This document shows positions 56,579-64,000 of a stretch of 64,000 bases of DNA, one piece after another. The stretch lies in contig CADEEV010000006.1 of the NCBI GenBank assembly GCA_902826455.1, forward strand, positions 44,013-108,012, in the 5' to 3' direction. The stretch is from an uncultured Acidobacteriota bacterium (GTDB lineage Bacteria > Acidobacteriota > Vicinamibacteria > Fen-336). Every line of letters starts with the position of its first letter. Position 1 is the first letter of the stretch. The notes below the pieces were generated by a model that ran no database searches, was not told the DNA's origin, and worked only from the letters and a program-made list of their open reading frames with translations. A program made the position numbers and the translations under genes.

Positions 56579-59104
56579 GTGCAACTCTCTCTGAAGGCTC
56601 CCCTTTCCGGGCCGCTCGTGCCCCTGGCCCAGGTTCCCGACCCGGTCTTCGCGGCGAAGATGGTGGGCGACGGCATCTCGATCGACCCGATCACGAATCG
56701 CCTCTGCGCTCCCTGCGACGGCGTCGTGCGGCGCCTGCACCCCGCCCTCCACGCGATCACCCTCGAGGCCGCGGGCGGCATCGAGGTGCTGATGCACGTG
56801 GGCCTCGAGACCGTCGGCCTCAAGGGCGACGGGTTCAAGGCGCGCGTCAAGGACGGGGACCGCGTGCGGACGGGCGACGTGCTCGTCGAGTTCGACGCCG
56901 ACCGCCTGTCGAGCCGCGCCAAGAGCCTGCTGACCGAGATCGTCATCACGAACGGCGACAAGGTGAAGTCCTTCGGCCAGCGCAGCGGGTTCGTGCGGGC
57001 CGGCCAGGACGTCATCATGGTGCTGGAGCTCTCGGACGACGCCGCCGTGGCCACGCCGGCCGTGCCCCTCGCGGGCGACGGCGAGACCGTGATCGGCGAG
57101 GACGTGATCGTGCCGAACCCCGAGGGGCTGCACGCGCGGCCGGCGGCGGTCCTCGCCTGCGCCGCGAAGGGCTTCACGGCCGACATCCAGATCCGCCGCG
57201 GGGCCGCGAGCGCCAACGCCCGCAGCGTGGTCGGCCTCATGAGCCTGGAGATCGCGAAGAACGACAGCGTGCGGGTGGTCGCCCGGGGCGAGCACGCGCG
57301 CGAGGCGGTCGACATCCTCAGCAAGCTGATCCGGGAGGGCCTCGGCGAAGACCTGACGGGCCACGCCGCCCCGGCGGCCCCGGCCGTCGGCGCCGCCTCC
57401 GCAACCCCGCGCGATCCCGAGCACATCACCGGCGTCTCCGCGTCCCCCGGCCTCGCGATCGGCCAGGTGTTCCCGTTCCGGGTCGAGGACGGGCCGGTGC
57501 CCGAGCGCGGCGGCGAGCCTCACGAGGAGCGGCGCGCCCTCGAGGCGGCCCTCGGCAAGGCCCGCGCCCAGCTGCAGTCCCTCGAGGGCCGCTTGCGCGG
57601 CGAGGCCGATCCCGCGAAGGCGGCGATCTTTGCGGCCCACATGGAGATTCTGGACGATCCCGACCTGCGGGAACCCGTCGAGCAGGCGATCAGCGAGGGC
57701 GCCAGCGCCGCCTTCGCCTGGCGCGAGGCGTTCACGAGCCAGGCCCGGAAGCTGGCGGGCCTGCGCAGCGAGCTGCTCGCGGCTCGCGCCACGGATGTCC
57801 GCGACGTGGGCGGCCGCGTGCTCCGGCTCCTCACGGGCGTCGAGGCCGGCCCCCGCTCGTTCCCGCCGGACTCCATCGTCGTGGCCGAGGATCTGACGCC
57901 CTCCGACACGGCGTCCCTCGACCGCAGCAAGGTGATCGGCTTCTGCACCACGACGGGAGGCTCGTCCTCCCACGTGGCGATCCTCGCCCGCTCGATGGGG
58001 ATCCCGGCCGTGGCCGGCATCGAGGCACGCGCCCTCGACGTGCCCGCGGGAACCCCGGCGATCCTCGACGGCGGCAAGGGCGTGCTGCGCCTGCGGCCGA
58101 GCGCCTCGGAGGTCGCGACGGTGCGGGAGCGCCAGGGCCGGGTGGCCCGGAAGCGCGAGGCCGCCCTGGCGGTCACCGCGCAGGACGCCGTGACGGCCGA
58201 CGGCCACCGCGTCGAGATCGCGGCCAACATCACCGGTCCCGAGGACGCGCGCCAGGCCATGGCGCTCGGCGCCGAGGGCATCGGGCTGCTGCGCTCGGAG
58301 TTCCTCTTCCTCGACCGCACCGAGGCGCCCTCCGAGGACGAGCAGCGCGCCGCCTACGAGGCCGTCGCAAAGGCGGTGGGCCGCGAGCGGCCCCTCGTGA
58401 TCCGCACCCTCGACGTGGGCGGCGACAAGCCCCTCGCGTACCTGCCGATCGCGAAGGAAGACAACCCGTTCCTGGGCGAGCGCGGCATCCGCGTGCTGCT
58501 CGACCGGCCGGAGATCCTGCGGGCCCAGCTGCGGGCGATCCTGAAGGCGGCGCCCGCCGGCCGCGTCCACGTCATGTTCCCGATGGTGGCGACGCTCACC
58601 GAGCTGCAGAGAGCGAAGGTCATCCTCGAGGAGGAGCGCCAGCGCCTGGGCGCGGCCGCGATCCCCGTGGGGATCATGGTCGAGGTAGCGTCGGTGGCCG
58701 TGATGGCCGACGTGTTCGCCCCCGAGGTCGACTTCTTCTCGATCGGCACGAACGACCTCACCCAATACACCCTTGCCATGGACCGGGGCCACCCGCGCCT
58801 GGCCCCCCAGATCGACGCCCTCAACCCCGCCGTGCTGAGGCTCATCGACATGACCGTGAAGGCGGCCCACCAGCACGGGCGCTGGGTCGGCGTGTGCGGC
58901 GGCATCGCGGGCGATCCGCGCGCGGTGCCGATCCTCGTCGGCCTGGGCGTCGACGAGCTCTCGGTGAGCGTGCCCGTGATCCCGGAGATCAAGGCCCGCG
59001 TGCGCGAGCTGCTGTTCTCCGAATGCCAGGCCCTCGCGGCGCGCGCCCTCGCGGCCGCCACGTCCGAAGAGGTCCGGAAGCTGTCTCCAGAACCTACGGA
59101 GTAG
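56579..59104 (+). CDS. ptsP: Multiphosphoryl transfer protein EIIA(Glc)-HPr-Enzyme I fusion
   Basis: EIIA motifs DPVFAAKMVGDG and LMHVGLETV; HPr GLHARPA; EI SSHVAILARS, GLLRSEF, RTLDVGGDK, NPFLGERGIR and SIGTNDL. Confidence 0.93.
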   Translation: MQLSLKAPLSGPLVPLAQVPDPVFAAKMVGDGISIDPITNRLCAPCDGVVRRLHPALHAITLEAAGGIEVLMHVGLETVGLKGDGFKARVKDGDRVRTGDVLVEFDADRLSSRAKSLLTEIVITNGDKVKSFGQRSGFVRAGQDVIMVLELSDDAAVATPAVPLAGDGETVIGEDVIVPNPEGLHARPAAVLACAAKGFTADIQIRRGAASANARSVVGLMSLEIAKNDSVRVVARGEHAREAVDILSKLIREGLGEDLTGHAAPAAPAVGAASATPRDPEHITGVSASPGLAIGQVFPFRVEDGPVPERGGEPHEERRALEAALGKARAQLQSLEGRLRGEADPAKAAIFAAHMEILDDPDLREPVEQAISEGASAAFAWREAFTSQARKLAGLRSELLAARATDVRDVGGRVLRLLTGVEAGPRSFPPDSIVVAEDLTPSDTASLDRSKVIGFCTTTGGSSSHVAILARSMGIPAVAGIEARALDVPAGTPAILDGGKGVLRLRPSASEVATVRERQGRVARKREAALAVTAQDAVTADGHRVEIAANITGPEDARQAMALGAEGIGLLRSEFLFLDRTEAPSEDEQRAAYEAVAKAVGRERPLVIRTLDVGGDKPLAYLPIAKEDNPFLGERGIRVLLDRPEILRAQLRAILKAAPAGRVHVMFPMVATLTELQRAKVILEEERQRLGAAAIPVGIMVEVASVAVMADVFAPEVDFFSIGTNDLTQYTLAMDRGHPRLAPQIDALNPAVLRLIDMTVKAAHQHGRWVGVCGGIAGDPRAVPILVGLGVDELSVSVPVIPEIKARVRELLFSECQALAARALAAATSEEVRKLSPEPTE

Positions 59105-59110
59105 AACGAC

Positions 59111-60883
59111 ATGGCGCGTTTCCAGGACGCATTCGGGCTGCTGCAGAAGATCGGCAAGTCGCTCATGCTTCCGGTCTCGGTGCTCCCCGTGGCCGGTATC
59201 CTGCTGGGCGTCGGCAGCGCCCACTTCGCGATCGTGCCCGTGTGGCTGTCCGAGGTGATGGCGAAGTCGGGGGGCGCGATCTTCGGGAACCTCGCCCTCA
59301 TCTTCGCGATCGGCGTGGCTCTCGGCGTCACGAACAACGACGGCGTCGCGGCCCTCGCCTCGGTCGTCGGCTACGCGGTCATGCTCTCGGCCATGGGCGT
59401 CGTCGCCCACATCCGCGGCGCCGCGGTGACGCCGATCATGGGCATCGACTCGATCGACACCGGCGTCTTCGGCGGCATCCTGATCGGCGCCATAGCCGGC
59501 GCGTTGTTCAACAGGTACTACCGGATCTCGCTGCCGCCGTACCTGGGCTTCTTCGCGGGCAAGCGCTTCGTGCCGATCATCACCGCGGCGAGCGCCGTCG
59601 TGGCGGGCGCGCTGCTCAGCATCGTGTGGCCGCCGATCGGCGCCGTGATCCACAGCTTCTCGACCTGGGCGGCCTCCGAGAACCCGGCGATGGCCTTCGC
59701 GCTCTACGGCGTCGTCGAGCGCTCCTTGATCCCCTTCGGCCTGCACCATATCTGGAACGTGCCGTTCTTCTTCGAGACGGGCCAGTACGTGAATCCCCAG
59801 ACCGGCGAGATCCTGCGCGGCGAGATCCCGCGCTTCGCGGCGGGCGACCCGACGGCCGGCTATCTCGCCGGCGGCTACCTCTTCAAGATGTGGGGGCTGC
59901 CGGCGGCCGCCCTCGCCATGTGGCAGTGCGCCCGGCCCGAGAACCGCGCGAAGATCGGCGGCATCATGATCTCGGCGGCGCTCACGTCGTTCCTCACGGG
60001 CATCACCGAGCCCATCGAGTTCTCGTTCCTGTTCGTGGCTCCGATGCTCTACGCCGTCCACGCCCTGCTCGCGGGCGTCGCCTACTTCACGTGCATCGAG
60101 CTGGGCATCCGCCACGGCACCACGTTCTCCCACGGCCTGATCGACTACGTCGTGTTGTTCAAGAATTCCAGCCGGGGACTGTGGTTCCTCGTGATCGGCC
60201 CGCTCTGGGGCCTCATGTACTACGGGATCTTCCGCACCATGATCCTGAAGCTCGACCTCAGGACCCCGGGACGCGAGATCGAGGCCGACCCGGCGACCGC
60301 CGCGGCGGGCGCCCCGTCCCCGGCGGCCTCCGCCGTTCCTGCCGCCGGCAGCGCGGCCGAGAACTTCCCGCGCGAGCTGGTGCTCGCCTTCGGCGGCCGC
60401 GCCAACATCCGCAACCTCGACGCCTGCATCACGCGCCTGCGCGTCGAGCTCGTCGACGTCGGCAAGGCGAGCCCCGACCGCCTGCGGGCGTTGGGCGCCG
60501 CGGGCGTCGTGGTGGTGGGCAGCGGCCTCCAGGCCATCTTCGGGACGCGCTCCGAGAACCTGAAGACGGACATGGAGATGTACCTCAAGGGCACGGCGAC
60601 GGACGCCGCCCCGGTCGTGGTGCCGGTGGCCAAGGGTCCCGCGAAGCTCGACGTGGGAGCGCTCCTCGCGGCCCTCGGCGGCGCCGGGAACGTGAAGGCC
60701 GCCGAGGCCACGGCCGTGACCCGCGTCCGCGTCGACGTGAAGGACGGTCAGGCCGTGAAGGAGGCGGAGGTCCTGGCGGCCGGCGCCACGGGCCTGATGC
60801 ACCTCGAGAACGGCCGCTTCCACGTCGTCGTGGGACCCGAGGCCGCGCGCGTGGCGGCGGACCTCGCCCAGCGACTCAAGTAG
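59111..60883 (+). CDS. ptsG: PTS glucose-family EIICB with an extra degenerate EIIB domain
   Basis: [30 protein letters not shown] and [10 protein letters not shown]; [12 protein letters not shown]; second IIB-like domain EATAVTRVR lacking the Cys. Confidence 0.85.
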   Translation: MARFQDAFGLLQKIGKSLMLPVSVLPVAGILLGVGSAHFAIVPVWLSEVMAKSGGAIFGNLALIFAIGVALGVTNNDGVAALASVVGYAVMLSAMGVVAHIRGAAVTPIMGIDSIDTGVFGGILIGAIAGALFNRYYRISLPPYLGFFAGKRFVPIITAASAVVAGALLSIVWPPIGAVIHSFSTWAASENPAMAFALYGVVERSLIPFGLHHIWNVPFFFETGQYVNPQTGEILRGEIPRFAAGDPTAGYLAGGYLFKMWGLPAAALAMWQCARPENRAKIGGIMISAALTSFLTGITEPIEFSFLFVAPMLYAVHALLAGVAYFTCIELGIRHGTTFSHGLIDYVVLFKNSSRGLWFLVIGPLWGLMYYGIFRTMILKLDLRTPGREIEADPATAAAGAPSPAASAVPAAGSAAENFPRELVLAFGGRANIRNLDACITRLRVELVDVGKASPDRLRALGAAGVVVVGSGLQAIFGTRSENLKTDMEMYLKGTATDAAPVVVPVAKGPAKLDVGALLAALGGAGNVKAAEATAVTRVRVDVKDGQAVKEAEVLAAGATGLMHLENGRFHVVVGPEAARVAADLAQRLK

Positions 60884-60905
60884 CCCGCTCCCGAGGCCGC
60901 ACGGC

Positions 60906-61457
60906 ATGACGGGCCTGCTCCTCGCCGCCTGGCTCTCGCAGGAGGCGGCGCCTGCGCCCGAAGAGAAGCGCCCGAGGCTGCTCGTCGACATCGCGATCGC
61001 CGCCGGCGCCTCGGGCGCGATCGCCCTGGGCAAGTCGGACATCCGCCACGCCCTCGCGCGCGACGCGAGCTTCTCGAACATCGTCGAGAACTTCGCCCAT
61101 CCGATCCGCCAGGTGCGCATCGGCACCGACCGCGACAGCGACCCGTTCTGGGTGAACAACATCGCCCACCCGGGCCTGTTCGCCCTCGAGGGCGTGTGGC
61201 TCAAGCATCGCGGCTACGGCAGCGCCCAGGCCTTCCTGTTCACGCAGGTCCACAGCGTCGTGTGGGAGTTCGCGATCGAAGGCTCGGCCTTCGAGCCGTC
61301 CGGCAAGGACCTGATCGCCGACGCCGCGGGCGCCGCCCTGGGGATCTGGGTCGTCTGGCCCCTGCTGCACCGCGAGCCGAAGGAGCCGGGCGGCATCGTC
61401 GTCACGCCCACGGTCGGCCGCGGCCGATTCGGCCTTGCCGTGGCGGGTCGCTTCTAG
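60906..61457 (+). CDS. DUF3943-like exported or membrane protein
   Basis: DPFWVNNIAHP...WEFAIEG...PSGKDLIADAAGA pattern; signal-like N-terminus. Confidence 0.65.
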   Translation: MTGLLLAAWLSQEAAPAPEEKRPRLLVDIAIAAGASGAIALGKSDIRHALARDASFSNIVENFAHPIRQVRIGTDRDSDPFWVNNIAHPGLFALEGVWLKHRGYGSAQAFLFTQVHSVVWEFAIEGSAFEPSGKDLIADAAGAALGIWVVWPLLHREPKEPGGIVVTPTVGRGRFGLAVAGRF

Positions 61458-61470
61458 CGAGAATCGGGTC

Positions 61471-62181
61471 ATGTGCGGGCGCTACACGCTGACCCTGCCC
61501 GGCGAGATCCTGGCCGAGGTCTTCGGTCTCGACGAAGCGCCCGAGCTCGCGCCCCGCTACAACATCGCTCCGACCCAGGACGTCGCGGCGGTGCGGCGCG
61601 TCCCGGCCGGCGCCCCGCGCTCGCTCTCGATGTTGCGCTGGGGTCTCGTGCCGCAGTGGCAGCGGGAGCCCCGCGGCTCGACGCTGCTCATCAACGCCCG
61701 GGCCGAGTCGCTCCAGGACAAGCCGGCGTTCCGCGAGGCCTTCGAGCGGCGGCGCTGCCTGATTCCCGCCGACGGGTTCTACGAGTGGAAGGGCGCGTCG
61801 CGGAACCGCGAGCCCTGGCTCATCAAGCGTGACGACGGCCGTCCCTTCGCGTTCGCCGGCCTGTGGGAGCCGCCCGTGGGGCGCGAGCCGGGGCTCGTCG
61901 GCACGTGCGCGATCGTCACCACGGATCCCAACGAGCTGATGCGGCCGATCCACGACCGCATGCCGGCGATCCTGGCCGAGCCGGACTGGAACGCCTGGCT
62001 CGATCCCGACAACCGCCGGCTCTCGGCGCTGCGCCCGCTGCTCAAGCCGGCTCCGGCCGAGGACTACGTCGCGTTCCCGGTCAGTCCGGCCGTGAACAAC
62101 GCCGGCGTCGAGACCCCGGACCTGATCCTTCCCTACACGCCGCCGCCGCCCCGGCAGCCCCGCCTCGGGTTCGACTCCTGA
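61471..62181 (+). CDS. SOS response-associated peptidase (SRAP/YedK family)
   Basis: N-terminal MCGRY with Cys2, RYNIAPTQ, WGLVP, INARAES, GFYEW and IHDRMP. Confidence 0.93.
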   Translation: MCGRYTLTLPGEILAEVFGLDEAPELAPRYNIAPTQDVAAVRRVPAGAPRSLSMLRWGLVPQWQREPRGSTLLINARAESLQDKPAFREAFERRRCLIPADGFYEWKGASRNREPWLIKRDDGRPFAFAGLWEPPVGREPGLVGTCAIVTTDPNELMRPIHDRMPAILAEPDWNAWLDPDNRRLSALRPLLKPAPAEDYVAFPVSPAVNNAGVETPDLILPYTPPPPRQPRLGFDS

Positions 62182-62182
62182 G

Positions 62183-63472
62183 ATGAAGGAGGCACGGCTG
62201 TGGCGCTTCGGCGTCTTCGAGCTCGACGTCGAAGCGGGCGAGCTGCGACGCCGCGGCCGCTTCGTGCCCCTCACTCCTCAGTGCCTCGCCGTGCTCGAGC
62301 TCCTCCTCGCCCGGCCGGGGGCGGTCGTGACCCGCGCCGAGCTGCGCGCGCGCCTGTGGCCACAAGGCGTCCACGTGGATCAGGAGCGCGGGCTCACCCA
62401 CTGCCTGAACCGCATCCGGCAGGTGCTGCGGGACGACGCGCAGGCTCCGCGCTACGTCGAGACCGTCCGCGGCCGCGGCTACCGCTTCCTCGCGGACGTC
62501 GAGTGGATCGAGGCGGGCGTCGCCGCCGCGGCGCGCCCGGCACCGCGCAGGCGCCTCGCGGCGCTGGCCGGTGCAGCCTTCGCCCTGGCACTCCACGCCT
62601 CGGACGCGCCACGGCCGCGTCCGACCCTGGATCCCGAAGCCCAGTTCGCCCTCGCGGAGCACTACGTGCGACTCGCCGAGACGCGCGCCCTGCCGGCCGA
62701 CGCGGCCTATCCCGCGGCGCGCCGGGCCGCGCGCGCCGCCCTGGCGGTGAAGGAGCAGGCGCGTCCGCTCGCGCTGCTCGCGAGCCTCGACCTCAACTAC
62801 GGCTGGGACTGGGAAGGGGCCGAGCGTTCCTACCGCGCGGCCCTGCGGCTCGATCCGGACCTGCTCGACGCGAGCCTGGGCTATGCGCGGCTGCTCTCGG
62901 CGGCCGGCCGCCACGACGAAGCGCTGGGCGTGCTGGCGGAAGCCGCCGCGCGCCTTCCCGGCTGTCCCGAGATCGCCCGCGAGACGGCGTTCACCGCCTC
63001 TCGGGCGCGGCGCTTCGCGCAGGCGCGCGAGGCCCTGGAGCAATGGGCGGCGCTCCGGCCCGACGCCCGCGACCCGCACCACTGGCTCGCCCTGCTCCAC
63101 GCCCGGGAGGGCGCGATGGATGCAGCCGTGGGCGAGGTGAGGCAGGTCCTCACCCTCGCCCGAGCCGACGCCCGCTTCGTCGCGCAGTTCGAGAGGCTGC
63201 CGCCGCGCGAGGCGTTCGCGTTCTACCTCCGCGGCTGCCTGCGCTATCTCGAGGATCTCGGGGAGCGGCAGTGGGTGACGCGGGACGACCTTGCCCCTCT
63301 CCACGCGGCCCTCGGCGAGTCGGGCCACGTGCTGGCGGACCTCGAGCGGGCGGCCGACGAGCGTTCCCCACGGCTGCTTCCCTACCTCAACGATCCGGCC
63401 TTCGACGCGGTGCGCGCCGACGCGCGGTTCGTGGCGCTGCGGCGGCGCGTCGGTGTGCCCGCGCCGGCCTGA
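62183..63472 (+). CDS. CadC-like winged-helix (trans_reg_C) plus TPR transcriptional regulator
   Basis: FGVFELDVEAGEL, VTRAELRARLW and YVETVRGRGYRF; TPR region YGWDWEGAERSYRAALRLDP; C-terminal FDAVRADARF. Confidence 0.85.
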   Translation: MKEARLWRFGVFELDVEAGELRRRGRFVPLTPQCLAVLELLLARPGAVVTRAELRARLWPQGVHVDQERGLTHCLNRIRQVLRDDAQAPRYVETVRGRGYRFLADVEWIEAGVAAAARPAPRRRLAALAGAAFALALHASDAPRPRPTLDPEAQFALAEHYVRLAETRALPADAAYPAARRAARAALAVKEQARPLALLASLDLNYGWDWEGAERSYRAALRLDPDLLDASLGYARLLSAAGRHDEALGVLAEAAARLPGCPEIARETAFTASRARRFAQAREALEQWAALRPDARDPHHWLALLHAREGAMDAAVGEVRQVLTLARADARFVAQFERLPPREAFAFYLRGCLRYLEDLGERQWVTRDDLAPLHAALGESGHVLADLERAADERSPRLLPYLNDPAFDAVRADARFVALRRRVGVPAPA

Positions 63473-63579
63473 GGCCGTCGTGGACCTTCCGCCGGAAACC
63501 TCTCGACCCTCGACACTTCGACGTCGACATTCAAACCACTTGCGGCCGGCACGGCGCACGCCGCAGCTTTGCGGCAGAC

Positions 63580-64000
63580 ATGGCTTCCCGATCCTTGCGC
63601 GCACTCGCGATCGTGGCCTCGGTCCTGGCGCCCGGTTGTGGCCAGGGCTCGGGCGCGGCTCCCGCGCCCGCTCCCACCCCGTCGACGCCGGTCCTCACGC
63701 CAGCGGCCGTGATCAGCCTGCGCGGGGCCTCGGCCTCGAGCGTGGCCGAGGCCGGGGGCCGGCTGTGGGTGACCCACTACGAAGCCGACCTTCTCTCGGA
63801 AGTGGATCCGGCGACGGAAACGGAGATCGCGACGCTCGACGTGGGCACCCAGGCGGGCGGCATCACGGGGGCGCGCAGCGATCTCTGGCTGGCGCGCTAC
63901 TCCAATCGCCCCGAGGGCGCCCGGCTCACCCGCGTCGACCTCGCGCGCCGGCGGGTCGTCCAGGACACGGAGCACACGGGGTTGTGTTGCGAGGTGGCGG
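63580..64000 (+). CDS. Lipoprotein with beta-propeller-like repeats, truncated at the window end
   Basis: My own translation from ATG 63580: MASRSLRALAIVASVLAPGC (lipobox)...LWVTHYEADLLSEVDPAT...LDVG...LWLA...LTRVD. Open to the end of the window. Confidence 0.7.
   Translation, partial: MASRSLRALAIVASVLAPGCGQGSGAAPAPAPTPSTPVLTPAAVISLRGASASSVAEAGGRLWVTHYEADLLSEVDPATETEIATLDVGTQAGGITGARSDLWLARYSNRPEGARLTRVDLARRRVVQDTEHTGLCCEVA

Noticed and set aside
55130-61204. 2024-aa minus-strand ORF and the overlapping 1819-aa ORF at 55450..60909
   Set aside because: Shadow ORFs. They overlap clearly recognisable GH1, ptsP and ptsG genes, have Arg/Gly/Ala-rich low-information sequence, and long stop-free frames are expected at this GC content.
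1-64000. CRISPR arrays, tRNA/rRNA genes, IS elements, integrases, prophage or anti-phage defence genes
   Set aside because: I saw no regularly spaced repeats, RNA-gene signatures, transposase or recombinase motifs, or abrupt compositional islands by eye. tRNAscan-SE, CRISPR finders and DefenseFinder would be needed to exclude them formally.

Overview
A very GC-rich bacterial chromosomal segment with about 54 densely packed CDSs. I saw no rRNA, tRNA, CRISPR array, transposase or integrase. Acidobacterial-type VWA proteins and a CadC-like wHTH-TPR protein point to Acidobacteriota, possibly Vicinamibacteria (inference). Most long ORFs in the track are antisense or alternate-frame shadows, so starts were re-called from the sequence. 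The standout is a tightly coupled five-gene minus-strand operon at 26432-34190. It encodes, in order, an exported atypical-kinase-like domain fused to an Omp85 barrel, an Npt/TLC-family nucleotide exchanger, a PPK2 polyphosphate kinase, a POTRA-less Omp85 barrel and a second exported atypical-kinase-like protein. I infer a polyphosphate-fuelled system that supplies ATP for phosphorylation outside the cytoplasm, or alternatively one that scavenges nucleotides or polyphosphate. Other content: a TPP riboswitch with a TonB-dependent receptor; a complete PTS (EIIA-HPr-EI plus EIICB-B') divergent from a phospho-beta-glycosidase coupled to thiM; glpK-glpD-patatin/Omp85; hbd-ackA-pta; two molybdopterin oxidoreductase operons; two degenerate GGDEF proteins; an orphan rpoZ with a small Cys-rich partner; and a bactofilin-methyltransferase-decarboxylase cluster. 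Family assignments come from motif recognition only; no database search was run.
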